A stretch of DNA of 64,000 nucleotides from Candidatus Levyibacteriota bacterium (GTDB lineage: Bacteria > Patescibacteriota > Microgenomatia > Levybacterales > UBA12049), in NCBI GenBank assembly GCA_963722305.1, contig CAVRKE010000002.1, positions 315,878-379,877 of the forward strand, read 5' to 3'. Below the pieces are notes generated by a model. That model was not told the origin of the DNA, made no database searches, and saw nothing but the letters and a program-made list of their open reading frames with translations. Positions 45,528 to 55,986 of this stretch are shown in pieces. Position numbers and translations under genes: made by a program. How positions within the stretch are numbered: position 1 is the first letter of the stretch; the number at the start of each line of letters is the position of its first letter.

Positions 45528-47537
45528 ATGCTTAATTATTTCTTCCTTTATGGAAAACGTTTAAGAGCAGAAATTATTATTTTCCTATCTTCCTTAATTG
45601 TTTACTGTTTGATGCTTTCGCATTCTGTCGTACTTGGTGATAGTGGTGAATTTTTAACTGCTGCCGCTATTAACGGTGTCCCTCATGATCCGGGTTTTCC
45701 CTTATACAGTTTGCTTACCAGGATTTTTTTCTTGCTAGGACATAGTGCCTGGGCCGTTAATCTTACTTCCGCTATTTTTGCTTCTTTAGCTCTTACCTTT
45801 ACCTATCGTTTGGTAAAAACCATGACGGGAAATGGTTCGGCCGCATTATTTGCCACACTTTCGCTTGGCACTTACGAGTTCTTCTGGTTTTATGCTTTGG
45901 TGGTGCAAATCCATACGTTACAAGTTTTTATTTTATCCCTTCTTTACCTTTCTCTAGTGTATTTTTTAAAAACCGGGAAGCTTAAATATCTATATTTAAC
46001 CGGTATTGCCTTCGGTCTAGGAATGACCAATAGTCAAACCATAGTTCTTGCTTTACCAAGTATTTTTATCGCTCTTTTTTTTATGCGCAAAATTATTTCT
46101 TGGCGCGTCGTTGTAAAACTAGTGGCTTTTTCGGTTTCTTGTCTTTTGCTTTATTTTTATACGTTTATCTCTGCCTCCTTTAGGCCCGCCTTAAATTGGG
46201 GACAAATTCACGATTTACAAAGTTTAGCACATATGTTTTTCCGCATGGACTACGGCACTTTTAACCTAACTTCCGGAAATCTATCCGCTCCTTTTATTTA
46301 TTCATCTTTTGTTTATTATCTTGAAGTTATGATAAAAAGCGGTTGGCTGGTTTTGCTCTTTGCTTTAATTTCACTTTATTATTTAAAGAAAAAAGACGCT
46401 ACTTACTTAGCTATTCTTTTTGGGCTTTTATTCAACGGTCCTTTTTACTATCTAATTATGAATCAACATATCTTTTCGGTAGTTTACAAAGCAAACGTAG
46501 AGCAATACCTGTCTTACTCATTCTTTTTTGTGGCGGTATTAGGAGGATTGGGATTTTATATTCTGACCAGTCGTTATAAAATAGACTCAAAAGTTTTATA
46601 TCTTATCGCTTTCCTTTTATTTGTTCCACTGTTTTTCATTAATCTTGGAAAAATAAATTTAAGCAGGAATAATTTGGTTTCGGAAACTACAAAATTTCAG
46701 TTCTCGCAAATTCCTAAAGATGGCATTGTTTTAACCGTCGGTGACGACTTTTATTTCCCATCCCTTTATCTTCAAAATCTTGAACGGTTTAGAACCGACA
46801 TCACGGTAATTGATCTAGGATTACCGGAAAGCTGGTATCAAGATTCGGTTTTTAAAAAAAGACCGGAACTTGCTTCTTATTTTAATAATTCCGGTCCCGA
46901 TTATATAAAATTCTGTCAATATTTTTCAGCCCAAGGCAAATTATTTATCTATCCCTGGTATCCCGATTACGATGTTTATTTTAAAAATAAATGTGACATT
47001 ATTCCCTACGGACTTTTGGCCAAAGTTGTTCCCAAAAATCAAGCCGGAAATATTTCGGCAATAAAAAATTACAACGACGAATCATGGGTAAACTATTTAA
47101 AAATCGCTTCCTTGGAAAGTTACAAAAATAGTACGCAAAGGTCCAGAGAAGAGTTATTTCTTTTGGCCGAACAAAAAAATTTTATCGGAATTTATTATAA
47201 CCGCAGCGGCAAACAAAGCTGGGCGTTAAACGAATTTGTTGAAGCAAGGACAATTTCTTTGGATGAATATTATTCTTTTTTAAACGAAGCTGAAATTTAT
47301 TTTGAAAAAGGAAATTATAAGAAAGCTGCCGATTTGCTTGAGAAGGCTATTGCCCGCGAACCAAATGCTTCCGACTTGTATTACTCTTTGGGCATCATAA
47401 ATGTCAAACTGAATAACTTGGATAAAGCTTATGAAAACTTTAAGGACTATAGTGATTTTAATCCTCCGGCCGACGAAAGACTCAAAAATGCCCAGGATTT
47501 TATTCAACAGTATCAAACAACAAATAACGTTTTATAA
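45528..47537 (+). CDS. GT-C + TPR membrane protein of a different subfamily (DUF2723/TMEM260-like, GDSGEF motif)
   Basis: N-terminal ...LGDSGEFLTAAAINGVPHDPGFPLY. Polytopic membrane protein with TPR-like C-terminus (YYSLGIINVKLNNLDKAYENF). Confidence 0.6.
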   Translation: MLNYFFLYGKRLRAEIIIFLSSLIVYCLMLSHSVVLGDSGEFLTAAAINGVPHDPGFPLYSLLTRIFFLLGHSAWAVNLTSAIFASLALTFTYRLVKTMTGNGSAALFATLSLGTYEFFWFYALVVQIHTLQVFILSLLYLSLVYFLKTGKLKYLYLTGIAFGLGMTNSQTIVLALPSIFIALFFMRKIISWRVVVKLVAFSVSCLLLYFYTFISASFRPALNWGQIHDLQSLAHMFFRMDYGTFNLTSGNLSAPFIYSSFVYYLEVMIKSGWLVLLFALISLYYLKKKDATYLAILFGLLFNGPFYYLIMNQHIFSVVYKANVEQYLSYSFFFVAVLGGLGFYILTSRYKIDSKVLYLIAFLLFVPLFFINLGKINLSRNNLVSETTKFQFSQIPKDGIVLTVGDDFYFPSLYLQNLERFRTDITVIDLGLPESWYQDSVFKKRPELASYFNNSGPDYIKFCQYFSAQGKLFIYPWYPDYDVYFKNKCDIIPYGLLAKVVPKNQAGNISAIKNYNDESWVNYLKIASLESYKNSTQRSREELFLLAEQKNFIGIYYNRSGKQSWALNEFVEARTISLDEYYSFLNEAEIYFEKGNYKKAADLLEKAIAREPNASDLYYSLGIINVKLNNLDKAYENFKDYSDFNPPADERLKNAQDFIQQYQTTNNVL

Positions 47538-47585
47538 ACTTTTGTCAGACTTGCAAATTAAATCTACTCAGACTAATATTTATCC

Positions 47586-49352
47586 ATGAACGAAGAGAAA
47601 GAATTAACTTTTAAAAGTCTTTTTCTTCCCTTTACCAGCAAAAAAGCGGTTATTCTTATTGTCTTAATCGGACTGCTTATTTTCTCTAATGGCCTCTTTA
47701 ATAATTTCGTCAGGGACGACGTTTCACAAATATTATCAAATCCAAATATTCAATCGCTTAAAAACGTTCCCGGCTTATTTTTAGGAAATAGATTGGTATC
47801 GGAAAAAAATACCTTGCTTGGAGGAACTTACTTCAAACCGCTGCTGGATACAACCTTTTCTTTAACCTATGCCCTATTCGGCGCAAACCCTTTTCCTTTT
47901 CATTTTTTTCAGATAAGCTTATACATTGTTAATGCTTGCATCCTGTTTGTTTTATTAAAGCAATTTTTTAAGCAATCCCTTGCCTTTATTCTGTCTTTGG
48001 CTTTTTTGCTCCATCCGATAAATAGCGAAGTTGCATTATACATTTCGGCAACTCAGGAAGTTTTATTTTTATTCTTTGGATTATTATCTTTACTGGTATT
48101 AAAAAAAACTGAATCGCTAAAAGGAATTTTATTAACAGGTTTACTTCTATTTTTTTCTTTACTTTCAAAAGAAACCGGGATTCTGTTTATTTTTATCGCT
48201 TTAGTTTATTCGGTTATTTATAAAAGAAAAGTATTTTATCCTTTGTTGGCGTTTTCCTCTTTATCAACAGTCATCTACCTTCTTTTACGCATTCAGGCAA
48301 TTGGAATATTTACCAATCTGTCTAATTTCCCCTTCGGAAGACTTGATTTAATGACACGGCTAATAAATATACCGGAAATTATTTTATTCTATCTTAAATC
48401 TTTCTTTTTTCCTTTTTACTTTTCAACTTCATATAATTGGTTTTATACTAAAATTAACTTCAGTCATTTTTTAATTCCGCTGCTAATTGATATTGTATTT
48501 TTTTCTTTGATTTTAACTAGTACCGTTTTTATTTTTAGGAAATCTTCCCGAAAATTTTTCCTGCTGTTTGTTTTTTTTGTAGTCTGGTTTTTATCCGGAA
48601 TGCTATTCCATTTACAAATTATTCCTCTTGACCAGACTGTTGCCCCAAGGTGGTTTTATTTCCCAATGATTGGACTATTTGGAATGATTGGAGTTTTACT
48701 GGAAATTTTTCGAATTAACTTTAACAACAAATGGATTATCTTTATTGTTGCGTTAATACTAGTAACTCTTTCTCTAAAAACTTCTTCACACAGTTTTGAG
48801 TTTCGTGATGATGTGACCTTGACCAATCTCGATTTGGCAACTTCCAAATACACAACAGACTACAATATGGAATACCTGATTAGTTATATGTATTATAACC
48901 AAGGACGTTTGGAGGAAGCAAAAATCCATGCACTAAAATCAATAGCGCTTTTCCCTACCATCACTAATAATACAAACTTAGGGACGATCTATAGCCGTTT
49001 GGGAAATTACGAAATGGCAAAAGCTTCATATCTTCAGGCCTTGCAATACGGAATCGATAGGCTTCCTTACGAAAATTTAGCCTACCTTACCATTTTATCC
49101 GTCAAACCGGAGGACGAAAATTTTATCAAAAACGTTTCTCTTAAAAAATACCCCGATGACGGGGTGCTTTGGTTTAATCTGGCAATTGTGCAATATAAAT
49201 TAGGGGAAGCAAGTGATGCAAAAGCGTCTATTCAGAAAGCGGAAATGTATTACGAAAATCCTAATCTTAATTTTGTTGATTACATAATTACAAATCATAA
49301 GCAGCTCAATATAAAGGCTAAAAACGGTAATGTTACTTTCTATACATATTAA
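47586..49352 (+). CDS. GT-C + TPR membrane glycosyltransferase, paralog 3
   Basis: LTFKSLFLPFTSKKAV, NFVRDDVSQI, TPR C-terminus. Confidence 0.7.
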   Translation: MNEEKELTFKSLFLPFTSKKAVILIVLIGLLIFSNGLFNNFVRDDVSQILSNPNIQSLKNVPGLFLGNRLVSEKNTLLGGTYFKPLLDTTFSLTYALFGANPFPFHFFQISLYIVNACILFVLLKQFFKQSLAFILSLAFLLHPINSEVALYISATQEVLFLFFGLLSLLVLKKTESLKGILLTGLLLFFSLLSKETGILFIFIALVYSVIYKRKVFYPLLAFSSLSTVIYLLLRIQAIGIFTNLSNFPFGRLDLMTRLINIPEIILFYLKSFFFPFYFSTSYNWFYTKINFSHFLIPLLIDIVFFSLILTSTVFIFRKSSRKFFLLFVFFVVWFLSGMLFHLQIIPLDQTVAPRWFYFPMIGLFGMIGVLLEIFRINFNNKWIIFIVALILVTLSLKTSSHSFEFRDDVTLTNLDLATSKYTTDYNMEYLISYMYYNQGRLEEAKIHALKSIALFPTITNNTNLGTIYSRLGNYEMAKASYLQALQYGIDRLPYENLAYLTILSVKPEDENFIKNVSLKKYPDDGVLWFNLAIVQYKLGEASDAKASIQKAEMYYENPNLNFVDYIITNHKQLNIKAKNGNVTFYTY

Positions 49353-49386
49353 TATTTTGAATTAGTTTGTATACTTAACTTGGAAA

Positions 49387-51168
49387 ATGAATTTATTTAA
49401 AAATATTCTTCAGCGCAAAAGGCCAATTCTTAAGATAATAATTAGTTATTCACCTTATCTTCTGCTTCTATTCTTTGCCTTCTCCTTCTTTTTTAGAAGT
49501 GACGTTTCCTTTGACCAGGACCTTGGCAGACACTTAAAACTGGGACAAATTATCGTACAAACATTACAAGTTCCCAAAATTAACCTATTTTCTTATACAA
49601 ATCCCGGCTTTCCTTTTATTAACCACCATTGGCTGTTTGAAGTAATTGCTTACTTGGGAAACATCACTATCGGCGTGCAGGCTTTACTGATAATTAAGCT
49701 AATTATTTTGTTGTGCGTAACTTTTGTAAGTTTGGTTCTCGCCAGAAGAACAAAGTCGGCTTTATTTATTCCAATTTCGTTCTTATTCCTTCATCTCTTA
49801 AGAGAAAGAACCGATCTTAGACCGGAAATTTTCAGTTTTCTTTTTACAGTTATAACTTTTTACATCTTGGATAAATTCGAAAAAAGTGAATCAAAATTAA
49901 TTTATCTTTTACCCCTAATTTCACTGATATGGGTCAACACTCATATTTATTTCCCCGTGGGAATTTTTTTACAATTAATTTTTTTAGCCAGCTTCTTGTT
50001 CCAGCGGTTTTTCCAAAAAAACTCTAAACCGGAAACTTTAAGAAAGATTAAAACATTGGGGGCAATTACCGGAGCTTCAATTGTAGTGTCTTTATTGAAC
50101 CCGAATTTTCTAACCGGTGCTTTATACCCGTTTACCGTTTTTAACAACTACGGCGTGGCTATAACCGAAAATCAAACTGTTTTTACGCTTATAAATATCG
50201 GCTTCCCCGACCAAAATTTTTTGTTTTATTATATTGCCGGTTTTATTGTTTTGGCTTCTATTTATTTTAGTTTATGGCGAAAACCAAATTTTAAGAATAT
50301 TTTGCTTTCTCTTTTGGGACTTGGGCTTGCTAGCCAAAGTATCAGGGGCTTCCCTTACCTTGTTTTTATATCCCTGCCGGCAGTCTTGCAAAATTTTAGC
50401 TATCAAAAATCTAATTTTGCCACAAAAATTCTGAACTTGATAGTAGTTATTTTAATTTGCGTTGAAGCTATCTTTTACTTTAATGGAAATTATCACTTTC
50501 TAACTTATCTTCCCAATAAAGCTTCCTTAACTTTTGACCAGGATGCAAAACCGGCCCTGGATTTTCTTTTGAAAAACAATCTACCGCAACCTATTTTTAA
50601 CAATTTTGACATCGGCAGCTACATTATTTACCGCGCATATCCAAAATACAAAGTTTTTATTGACGGTAGGCCCGAAGCGTATCGGGCCAGTTTTTTTCAG
50701 AAAATTTATCTCCCCATGCAAGAAAACTATCAATTATTTAAAAAGGAAGATAAGAACTATAACTTTAAAACGGTCATTTTTTCAATTACCGACCAAAACC
50801 CAAGAACTATTAACTTTTTGAATTTGATTACAAAAGACCCTGCATGGAAAACTGTCTTTTTAGATCAGTTTATGATTATCTTGGTAAGAAACGGCTTCGA
50901 AAATAATCTAAAAACAATTGACTTGAACGCACTTAATCCCAACAATTACAATTATAAGGATTGTGTAGCTTATACAAACTTAAGTGCTTTTCTTTGCAAC
51001 ACCCAACATTTGAATCGCGGCGAGGCGTTTGATGAAAAAGCTCTCAAGCTTTGTCCCAATAATCCGGCCGCCAATGATATTATGGCCAATATCTTAGCCC
51101 GTGAAGGTAAAAGTCAGAATCTTGTCTCACAATACAGTGCAAAAGCTAAAAACTGGGTTTTCTGGTAA
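49387..51168 (+). CDS. Polytopic GT-C-like membrane protein + C-terminal TPR-like region (third subfamily; FDQDLGRHLKLG loop motif)
   Basis: 593 aa, ~12 TM, acidic loop-1 motif, TPR-like tail (...ALKLCPNNPAANDIMANILAREG). Confidence 0.55.
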   Translation: MNLFKNILQRKRPILKIIISYSPYLLLLFFAFSFFFRSDVSFDQDLGRHLKLGQIIVQTLQVPKINLFSYTNPGFPFINHHWLFEVIAYLGNITIGVQALLIIKLIILLCVTFVSLVLARRTKSALFIPISFLFLHLLRERTDLRPEIFSFLFTVITFYILDKFEKSESKLIYLLPLISLIWVNTHIYFPVGIFLQLIFLASFLFQRFFQKNSKPETLRKIKTLGAITGASIVVSLLNPNFLTGALYPFTVFNNYGVAITENQTVFTLINIGFPDQNFLFYYIAGFIVLASIYFSLWRKPNFKNILLSLLGLGLASQSIRGFPYLVFISLPAVLQNFSYQKSNFATKILNLIVVILICVEAIFYFNGNYHFLTYLPNKASLTFDQDAKPALDFLLKNNLPQPIFNNFDIGSYIIYRAYPKYKVFIDGRPEAYRASFFQKIYLPMQENYQLFKKEDKNYNFKTVIFSITDQNPRTINFLNLITKDPAWKTVFLDQFMIILVRNGFENNLKTIDLNALNPNNYNYKDCVAYTNLSAFLCNTQHLNRGEAFDEKALKLCPNNPAANDIMANILAREGKSQNLVSQYSAKAKNWVFW

Positions 51169-51183
51169 GAGCATTAAAAGGAT

Positions 51184-52926
51184 ATGAAAAATGAAGAACA
51201 ACCGCTGACTTTTAAAAGTCTTTTTGTCCCTTTTACCAATAAAAAGGCAGTTACTCTGATGATAATTATTGGCTTAATTGTTTTTTCAAACGGACTGCTT
51301 AACGGTTTCGTCGGCGATGACCAGGGGCAAATTATCGACAATTCATTTGTCCACTCAATCGGCAATATCCCTATTTTTTTCCAAAGCAGCACCTTTTTTA
51401 ACGGCAACTACCACCTGCTTATCGGCAATTATTTTCGGCCGCTAATGCTTACCTATTTCTCTATCCTTTATCATTTTTTTGGGGCTAACCCTTTTTTCTT
51501 CCATTTTGCGCAAGCTTTTCTTCATCTTGCGAACGCCATTTTAGTATTCTTATTTTTGAGATATTTTCTGAAAACTCTACCGGCGTTAATTTTGTCTTTA
51601 ATTTTTCTTGTCCATCCGATAAATAGTGAAGTTGTCTATTATATTTCCGATTCCCAAGAAATTTTATTTTTCTTATTTGGCATGCTTTCCTTACTCACGT
51701 TTTTGAAAATAAATTCCAAAAGATATCTTTTCCTACCGGCTATATTTCTATTTCTCTCATTGGTTTCAAAAGAAAGCGGAATATTGTTTTTCCTGTTAAT
51801 AATAATTTACGCTTTGCTATTTAAACGAAAACATTTATTGAATATTTTGATTTATTGCTGTTTATCGGTTTTGCTTTTTTTAATATTACGGGTTCATGCT
51901 GTTGGGTTGTTTTCTACTCCGTCAAATTCTTCAATTGCCGGATTTTCTCTTTTAATCCGGATGCTGAATATTCCGGCGATGTTTTTCTATTACCTTAAAA
52001 CTTTTCTTTTTCCGCTTGAACTCGCCTCGAATTATCAATGGGTTGTTACAAACTTTAATTTAAATAACTTTTTTATTCCGCTGATTATTGATTTACTTTT
52101 TATTAGTTTAATTTTGGCTCCAATATTTATTTTATTTAAAAAGCATTCCAAGTTTTTAATTTCGTACATATTTTTTACTTTTTGGTTTTTACTTGGCATG
52201 GCTATTCATATGCAAGTCATTCCTTTGGATGCCACTGTTGCCGAGGGCTGGTTTTATTTTCCGATAGTCGGATTCTTAGGGATGATTGGTATAAGTTTTG
52301 CCGCAGCGAAAATTAAATTTAATCAGAACTTAATTATTGCGGTAGTTTTAATATTGATATTAGTCTTGTCGGCAAGGACAATCGTTCGTAGTTTTAATTG
52401 GAGAGACGCATTTACATTAACCTCGCATGATACCAAAATATCAAAAGACTCCTGGGCACTGGAAAATGCTTTAAGCTATGCCTACTTTGAAAAGGGTTTG
52501 TACGAAGATGCAAAAATCCAGGCAGAAAAGTCAATTAAGCTTCACCCGTACTCGACGAATTTCTTAAATCTTGGATCGGCCGAAGCGTATCTTGGAGATT
52601 ATAAAGAAGCAAAGCGAGCGTTTTTAAACTCAATTAAATACGGAGACTACTACCAGACATATGATAATCTTAGTTTTTTAGGCTTACTTTATGGAGATCC
52701 TAAAGAAGACGTAAGTTTTATCCAAGATAAAGCGCTTAAGAAATTCCCCAATGATCCAAAGCTTTGGACTTATCTTTCTATACTTGAGTATAATTTCGGT
52801 GATAAAAATAGGGCAAAAAATGATATTCAGAATGGCTATATCTTAGACCCGGAGGGACAAACTGCGGCCGTTTATAACGCGATCATGAATAATAAACCTG
52901 TGACCGTAAATAATAAACTGCAATAA
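51184..52926 (+). CDS. GT-C + TPR membrane glycosyltransferase, paralog 4
   Basis: LTFKSLFVPFTNKKAV, GFVGDDQGQI, TPR C-terminus. Confidence 0.7.
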   Translation: MKNEEQPLTFKSLFVPFTNKKAVTLMIIIGLIVFSNGLLNGFVGDDQGQIIDNSFVHSIGNIPIFFQSSTFFNGNYHLLIGNYFRPLMLTYFSILYHFFGANPFFFHFAQAFLHLANAILVFLFLRYFLKTLPALILSLIFLVHPINSEVVYYISDSQEILFFLFGMLSLLTFLKINSKRYLFLPAIFLFLSLVSKESGILFFLLIIIYALLFKRKHLLNILIYCCLSVLLFLILRVHAVGLFSTPSNSSIAGFSLLIRMLNIPAMFFYYLKTFLFPLELASNYQWVVTNFNLNNFFIPLIIDLLFISLILAPIFILFKKHSKFLISYIFFTFWFLLGMAIHMQVIPLDATVAEGWFYFPIVGFLGMIGISFAAAKIKFNQNLIIAVVLILILVLSARTIVRSFNWRDAFTLTSHDTKISKDSWALENALSYAYFEKGLYEDAKIQAEKSIKLHPYSTNFLNLGSAEAYLGDYKEAKRAFLNSIKYGDYYQTYDNLSFLGLLYGDPKEDVSFIQDKALKKFPNDPKLWTYLSILEYNFGDKNRAKNDIQNGYILDPEGQTAAVYNAIMNNKPVTVNNKLQ

Positions 52927-52973
52927 AATTAAATGATATTGTAAGTTAATTTTCCCAATGTTAATATTGGTTC

Positions 52974-54704
52974 ATGCAAGAACAACCGCTGACTTTTAAA
53001 AACCTATTTCTCCCTTTTACTACCAAAAAAGCAGTTGCGTTTATTATAATTATCGGCCTGGTTGTCTTTTTTAACGGGCTTTTTAACGGTTTTGTGGGCG
53101 ATGACAAACCATTAATTAGCAGTAACGTTGCCATCCAAAGCTTACAAAACTTACCGCAATTTTTTACCAATAGCGAAAGTGGCCATGTTTTGGAAAGGTT
53201 TTCGTACAGGCCTTTAACAACGACTATTTTTTCCGTTCTGTATTTATTATTTGGCCCAAGCTCTTTTGCCTACCATTTTTTCTTAATTATCTTTTACATC
53301 ATTAATGCCTGCCTGGTATTTTTATTCTTAAAGCAATTTTTCCAAAAACCGCTGGCTTTTGTCTTGTCTCTTGCTTTTTTGCTTCATCCGATAAATAGCG
53401 AAGTTGCTTTATACATCGCCGATATTCAAGAAGTATTCTTCCTCTTTTTTGGCATGCTGGCGCTGGTAACCCTTAGTAATTTTAAGTCCTACAAAAGTAT
53501 TGTTTTGGTAAACGTCTTGTTATTTTTATCTCTCCTGGCAAAAGAAACCGGCATTCTTTTCTATTTGGTGTCCCTGCTTTATATCTTTATCTATCAACGA
53601 AAAACTTTTTATCGCTTATTTATAAGTTTTGTATTCTCGTCCGTTGCTTATTTGGCACTGCGCTTATTTGCCCTTGGAGTTACATCCGATGCAAATGTGC
53701 TTGCTCCAATTCATGACTTAAACTTACCGGCACGTTTAATGAACATACCGGCAATTATCTTTTTTTATCTTAAGACTTTTGTTTTTCCGCTTGATTTAGC
53801 AATGTCTTATCACTGGGTTGTAACGAAAATAAATTTTAGCGGGTTTTTTCTGCCGCTAATTTTAGATCTGCTATTTTTCTCTGCCTTAATGGGTTTTGCT
53901 TTTCTAATTTACAAAAAATTCTCCCGTAAGCACCTGGCGCTTTATCTATTTTTTACTGTCTGGTTTTTAGCAGGAATTTTAATGCACTTACAAATCATTC
54001 CGCTTGACCTGACCGTTTCCGACCGCTGGTTCTATTTCCCGATTATCGGTTTACTGGGAATAATTGGAGTATTGCTGACGGTCTATAAAATAAATTTAGG
54101 TAGCAAAGCAGTAATTATAATAATCGTAGGCCTTTTACTACTCTTGTCATTAAGAACTTTCATTCGCAGTTTTGACTGGCGAGATAATTTTACTCTGGCA
54201 ACGCATGATTTGAGAATCTCAAAACAGGCTTACAATTTGGAACTCATCTTAAGCGGTGAGTATTATAACCAGAAAAATTTTAAATTTGCCGCTGTGCACG
54301 CTCAAAATTCAATTGCTTTATATCCTAATCCGGTAAGTTATACCGTTTTGGGATTAGTATACTATAATCTGGGTAATTATAAACAGTCTCGGCAATCGTT
54401 TCTGAAGGCTTTGCGCTATGCGGATTTCGAAGTTGTCTACACCAATCTAGCCATCATCAGCTTGTCGTATGGAGACAAAAATAAGAGCATCAGTTTTATT
54501 AAAAATGTGGCCCTTAAAAAATACCCCGAAAATGCCGAACTTTGGCTTTGTTTAGCCTGGCTGGAATATAACAACAATGATAAAGATAATGCCAAAAAAG
54601 CGATTACGCGAGCTTACCAATTGGATAAAAACCAACAAACTTCCACTATCTATCACGTAATTATGAATAATTTACCGCTCAAAAATAATACTACCAAGCT
54701 CTAA
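52974..54704 (+). CDS. GT-C + TPR membrane glycosyltransferase, paralog 5
   Basis: LTFKNLFLPFTTKKAV, GFVGDDKPLI, TPR C-terminus. Confidence 0.7.
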   Translation: MQEQPLTFKNLFLPFTTKKAVAFIIIIGLVVFFNGLFNGFVGDDKPLISSNVAIQSLQNLPQFFTNSESGHVLERFSYRPLTTTIFSVLYLLFGPSSFAYHFFLIIFYIINACLVFLFLKQFFQKPLAFVLSLAFLLHPINSEVALYIADIQEVFFLFFGMLALVTLSNFKSYKSIVLVNVLLFLSLLAKETGILFYLVSLLYIFIYQRKTFYRLFISFVFSSVAYLALRLFALGVTSDANVLAPIHDLNLPARLMNIPAIIFFYLKTFVFPLDLAMSYHWVVTKINFSGFFLPLILDLLFFSALMGFAFLIYKKFSRKHLALYLFFTVWFLAGILMHLQIIPLDLTVSDRWFYFPIIGLLGIIGVLLTVYKINLGSKAVIIIIVGLLLLLSLRTFIRSFDWRDNFTLATHDLRISKQAYNLELILSGEYYNQKNFKFAAVHAQNSIALYPNPVSYTVLGLVYYNLGNYKQSRQSFLKALRYADFEVVYTNLAIISLSYGDKNKSISFIKNVALKKYPENAELWLCLAWLEYNNNDKDNAKKAITRAYQLDKNQQTSTIYHVIMNNLPLKNNTTKL

Positions 54705-54788
54705 AATCCTAGGCCAGCGGAGGCGATTTTGGCATCTTTAAACTAAATTGGATTTGTTTTTACGCACCAGGGGGTATAAAATAATGAT

Positions 54789-55424
54789 ATGCCCAACCTG
54801 CTCTTTCAGTTCATTTCAATCACGGCTGACCTTGTAATTTTTATCTTCATTGGCTTTTACCTTTGGAGACTCCGAAGAGAAGAAAAAGAGCTAAAAAACA
54901 AAGAAACCAAGGTTGACACAAGTTACCACGAAATCGTTAATGACGCCTTAAGTAAAGAAAGAAAAATTATGGAAGATGCTGTCGGTGAAGCCGATCAAAT
55001 CATTATTAATGCCGAATATATTAAAAAATCATCCAAAGAAATCGTTGACCAAGCCTTGCAACAGATGGTTGCCCATATTCAAAAAGAGTCGATTGAAACA
55101 GCCAGTCGGTTTATGAACAGCTATTCCGATTCATTAAAAAAACTGGCTACTACCTCGCTTATCGATTTTGAAAATGTGGCCAGGGGTCTGGAAGGAGACC
55201 TGCAAAGACAAATTAAGGAATTTCGAGAAACTTTACTTCCCGATTTAAAAAAAGAGCTCGATGATTATAAGCAAGTACGCCTAAAGCAATCCGAGGAGAT
55301 TATTAATCATGTTATCCAAAAAGCCTCACAGGAAATCATGAATAAGGCGATCTCTTTGGATGACCACCAAAAATTGCTGACCGATGCCCTGGAAAGGGCA
55401 AAAACGGAGGGGGTGTTTGATTAG
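54789..55424 (+). CDS. atpF: F-type ATP synthase subunit b
   Basis: N-terminal single TM, then a ~180-aa charged coiled coil. Positioned first in the atpFHAGDC block. Confidence 0.65.
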   Translation: MPNLLFQFISITADLVIFIFIGFYLWRLRREEKELKNKETKVDTSYHEIVNDALSKERKIMEDAVGEADQIIINAEYIKKSSKEIVDQALQQMVAHIQKESIETASRFMNSYSDSLKKLATTSLIDFENVARGLEGDLQRQIKEFRETLLPDLKKELDDYKQVRLKQSEEIINHVIQKASQEIMNKAISLDDHQKLLTDALERAKTEGVFD

Positions 55425-55970
55425 TTGGAAGAGCTAGATTTGTCGGATTTTTTTCATACAAAGGCAGAGGCAAATGATTTTTCAATTCACCTTTCGCAAA
55501 TTTCAGAAAGCATATATAAAACCGGTTTTAATCTGGAAAAAGAACTCACCGAGCATTTTGGTGTCGAAAAAAAGGATAAATTCATTTCGCTTCTAAGAAA
55601 TAATAAGGTTAATATCTATTCAAGCCCCGACTTAAAAACCTTTCTTGATAAAATTCAAGCAATAATTGCCAACCTTCCGCTGCTTTCTCTGGTGATTGCT
55701 TTTGAGCCAAACGAAGAAACACTAAAGTCTCTTTCCGAATGGCTTTTTTTAAATACGCACAAAGAGGTTTTGCTCGATATTACTGTTGACAGCAAAATCA
55801 TTGGCGGTGCAACCATTAGTTTTAACGGTAAATACACTGACTGTTCGATTAAAACTAAATTTGACCAGATTTTTCAAGATGTTTGGGCCAATAAACCGAC
55901 GACATCTGAAAAGATTGTTCTTCCCCATGGAGACCATCAAAGTGTTGAACATATTGTGGTTAGTAGATAA
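55425..55970 (+). CDS. atpH: F-type ATP synthase subunit delta (OSCP)
   Basis: 181 aa. C-terminal ...VDSKIIGGATISFNGKYTDCSIKTKFDQ matches the OSCP C-domain. Synteny supports the call. Confidence 0.7.
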   Translation: MEELDLSDFFHTKAEANDFSIHLSQISESIYKTGFNLEKELTEHFGVEKKDKFISLLRNNKVNIYSSPDLKTFLDKIQAIIANLPLLSLVIAFEPNEETLKSLSEWLFLNTHKEVLLDITVDSKIIGGATISFNGKYTDCSIKTKFDQIFQDVWANKPTTSEKIVLPHGDHQSVEHIVVSR

Positions 55971-55986
55971 AGCATAAATCGAAGAT

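Noticed and set aside
54705-54788. Clear promoter for the atp block
   Set aside because: TTGGAT and TATAAA elements are present but their spacing (21 nt) is poor. Reported only as uncertain, not as a feature.
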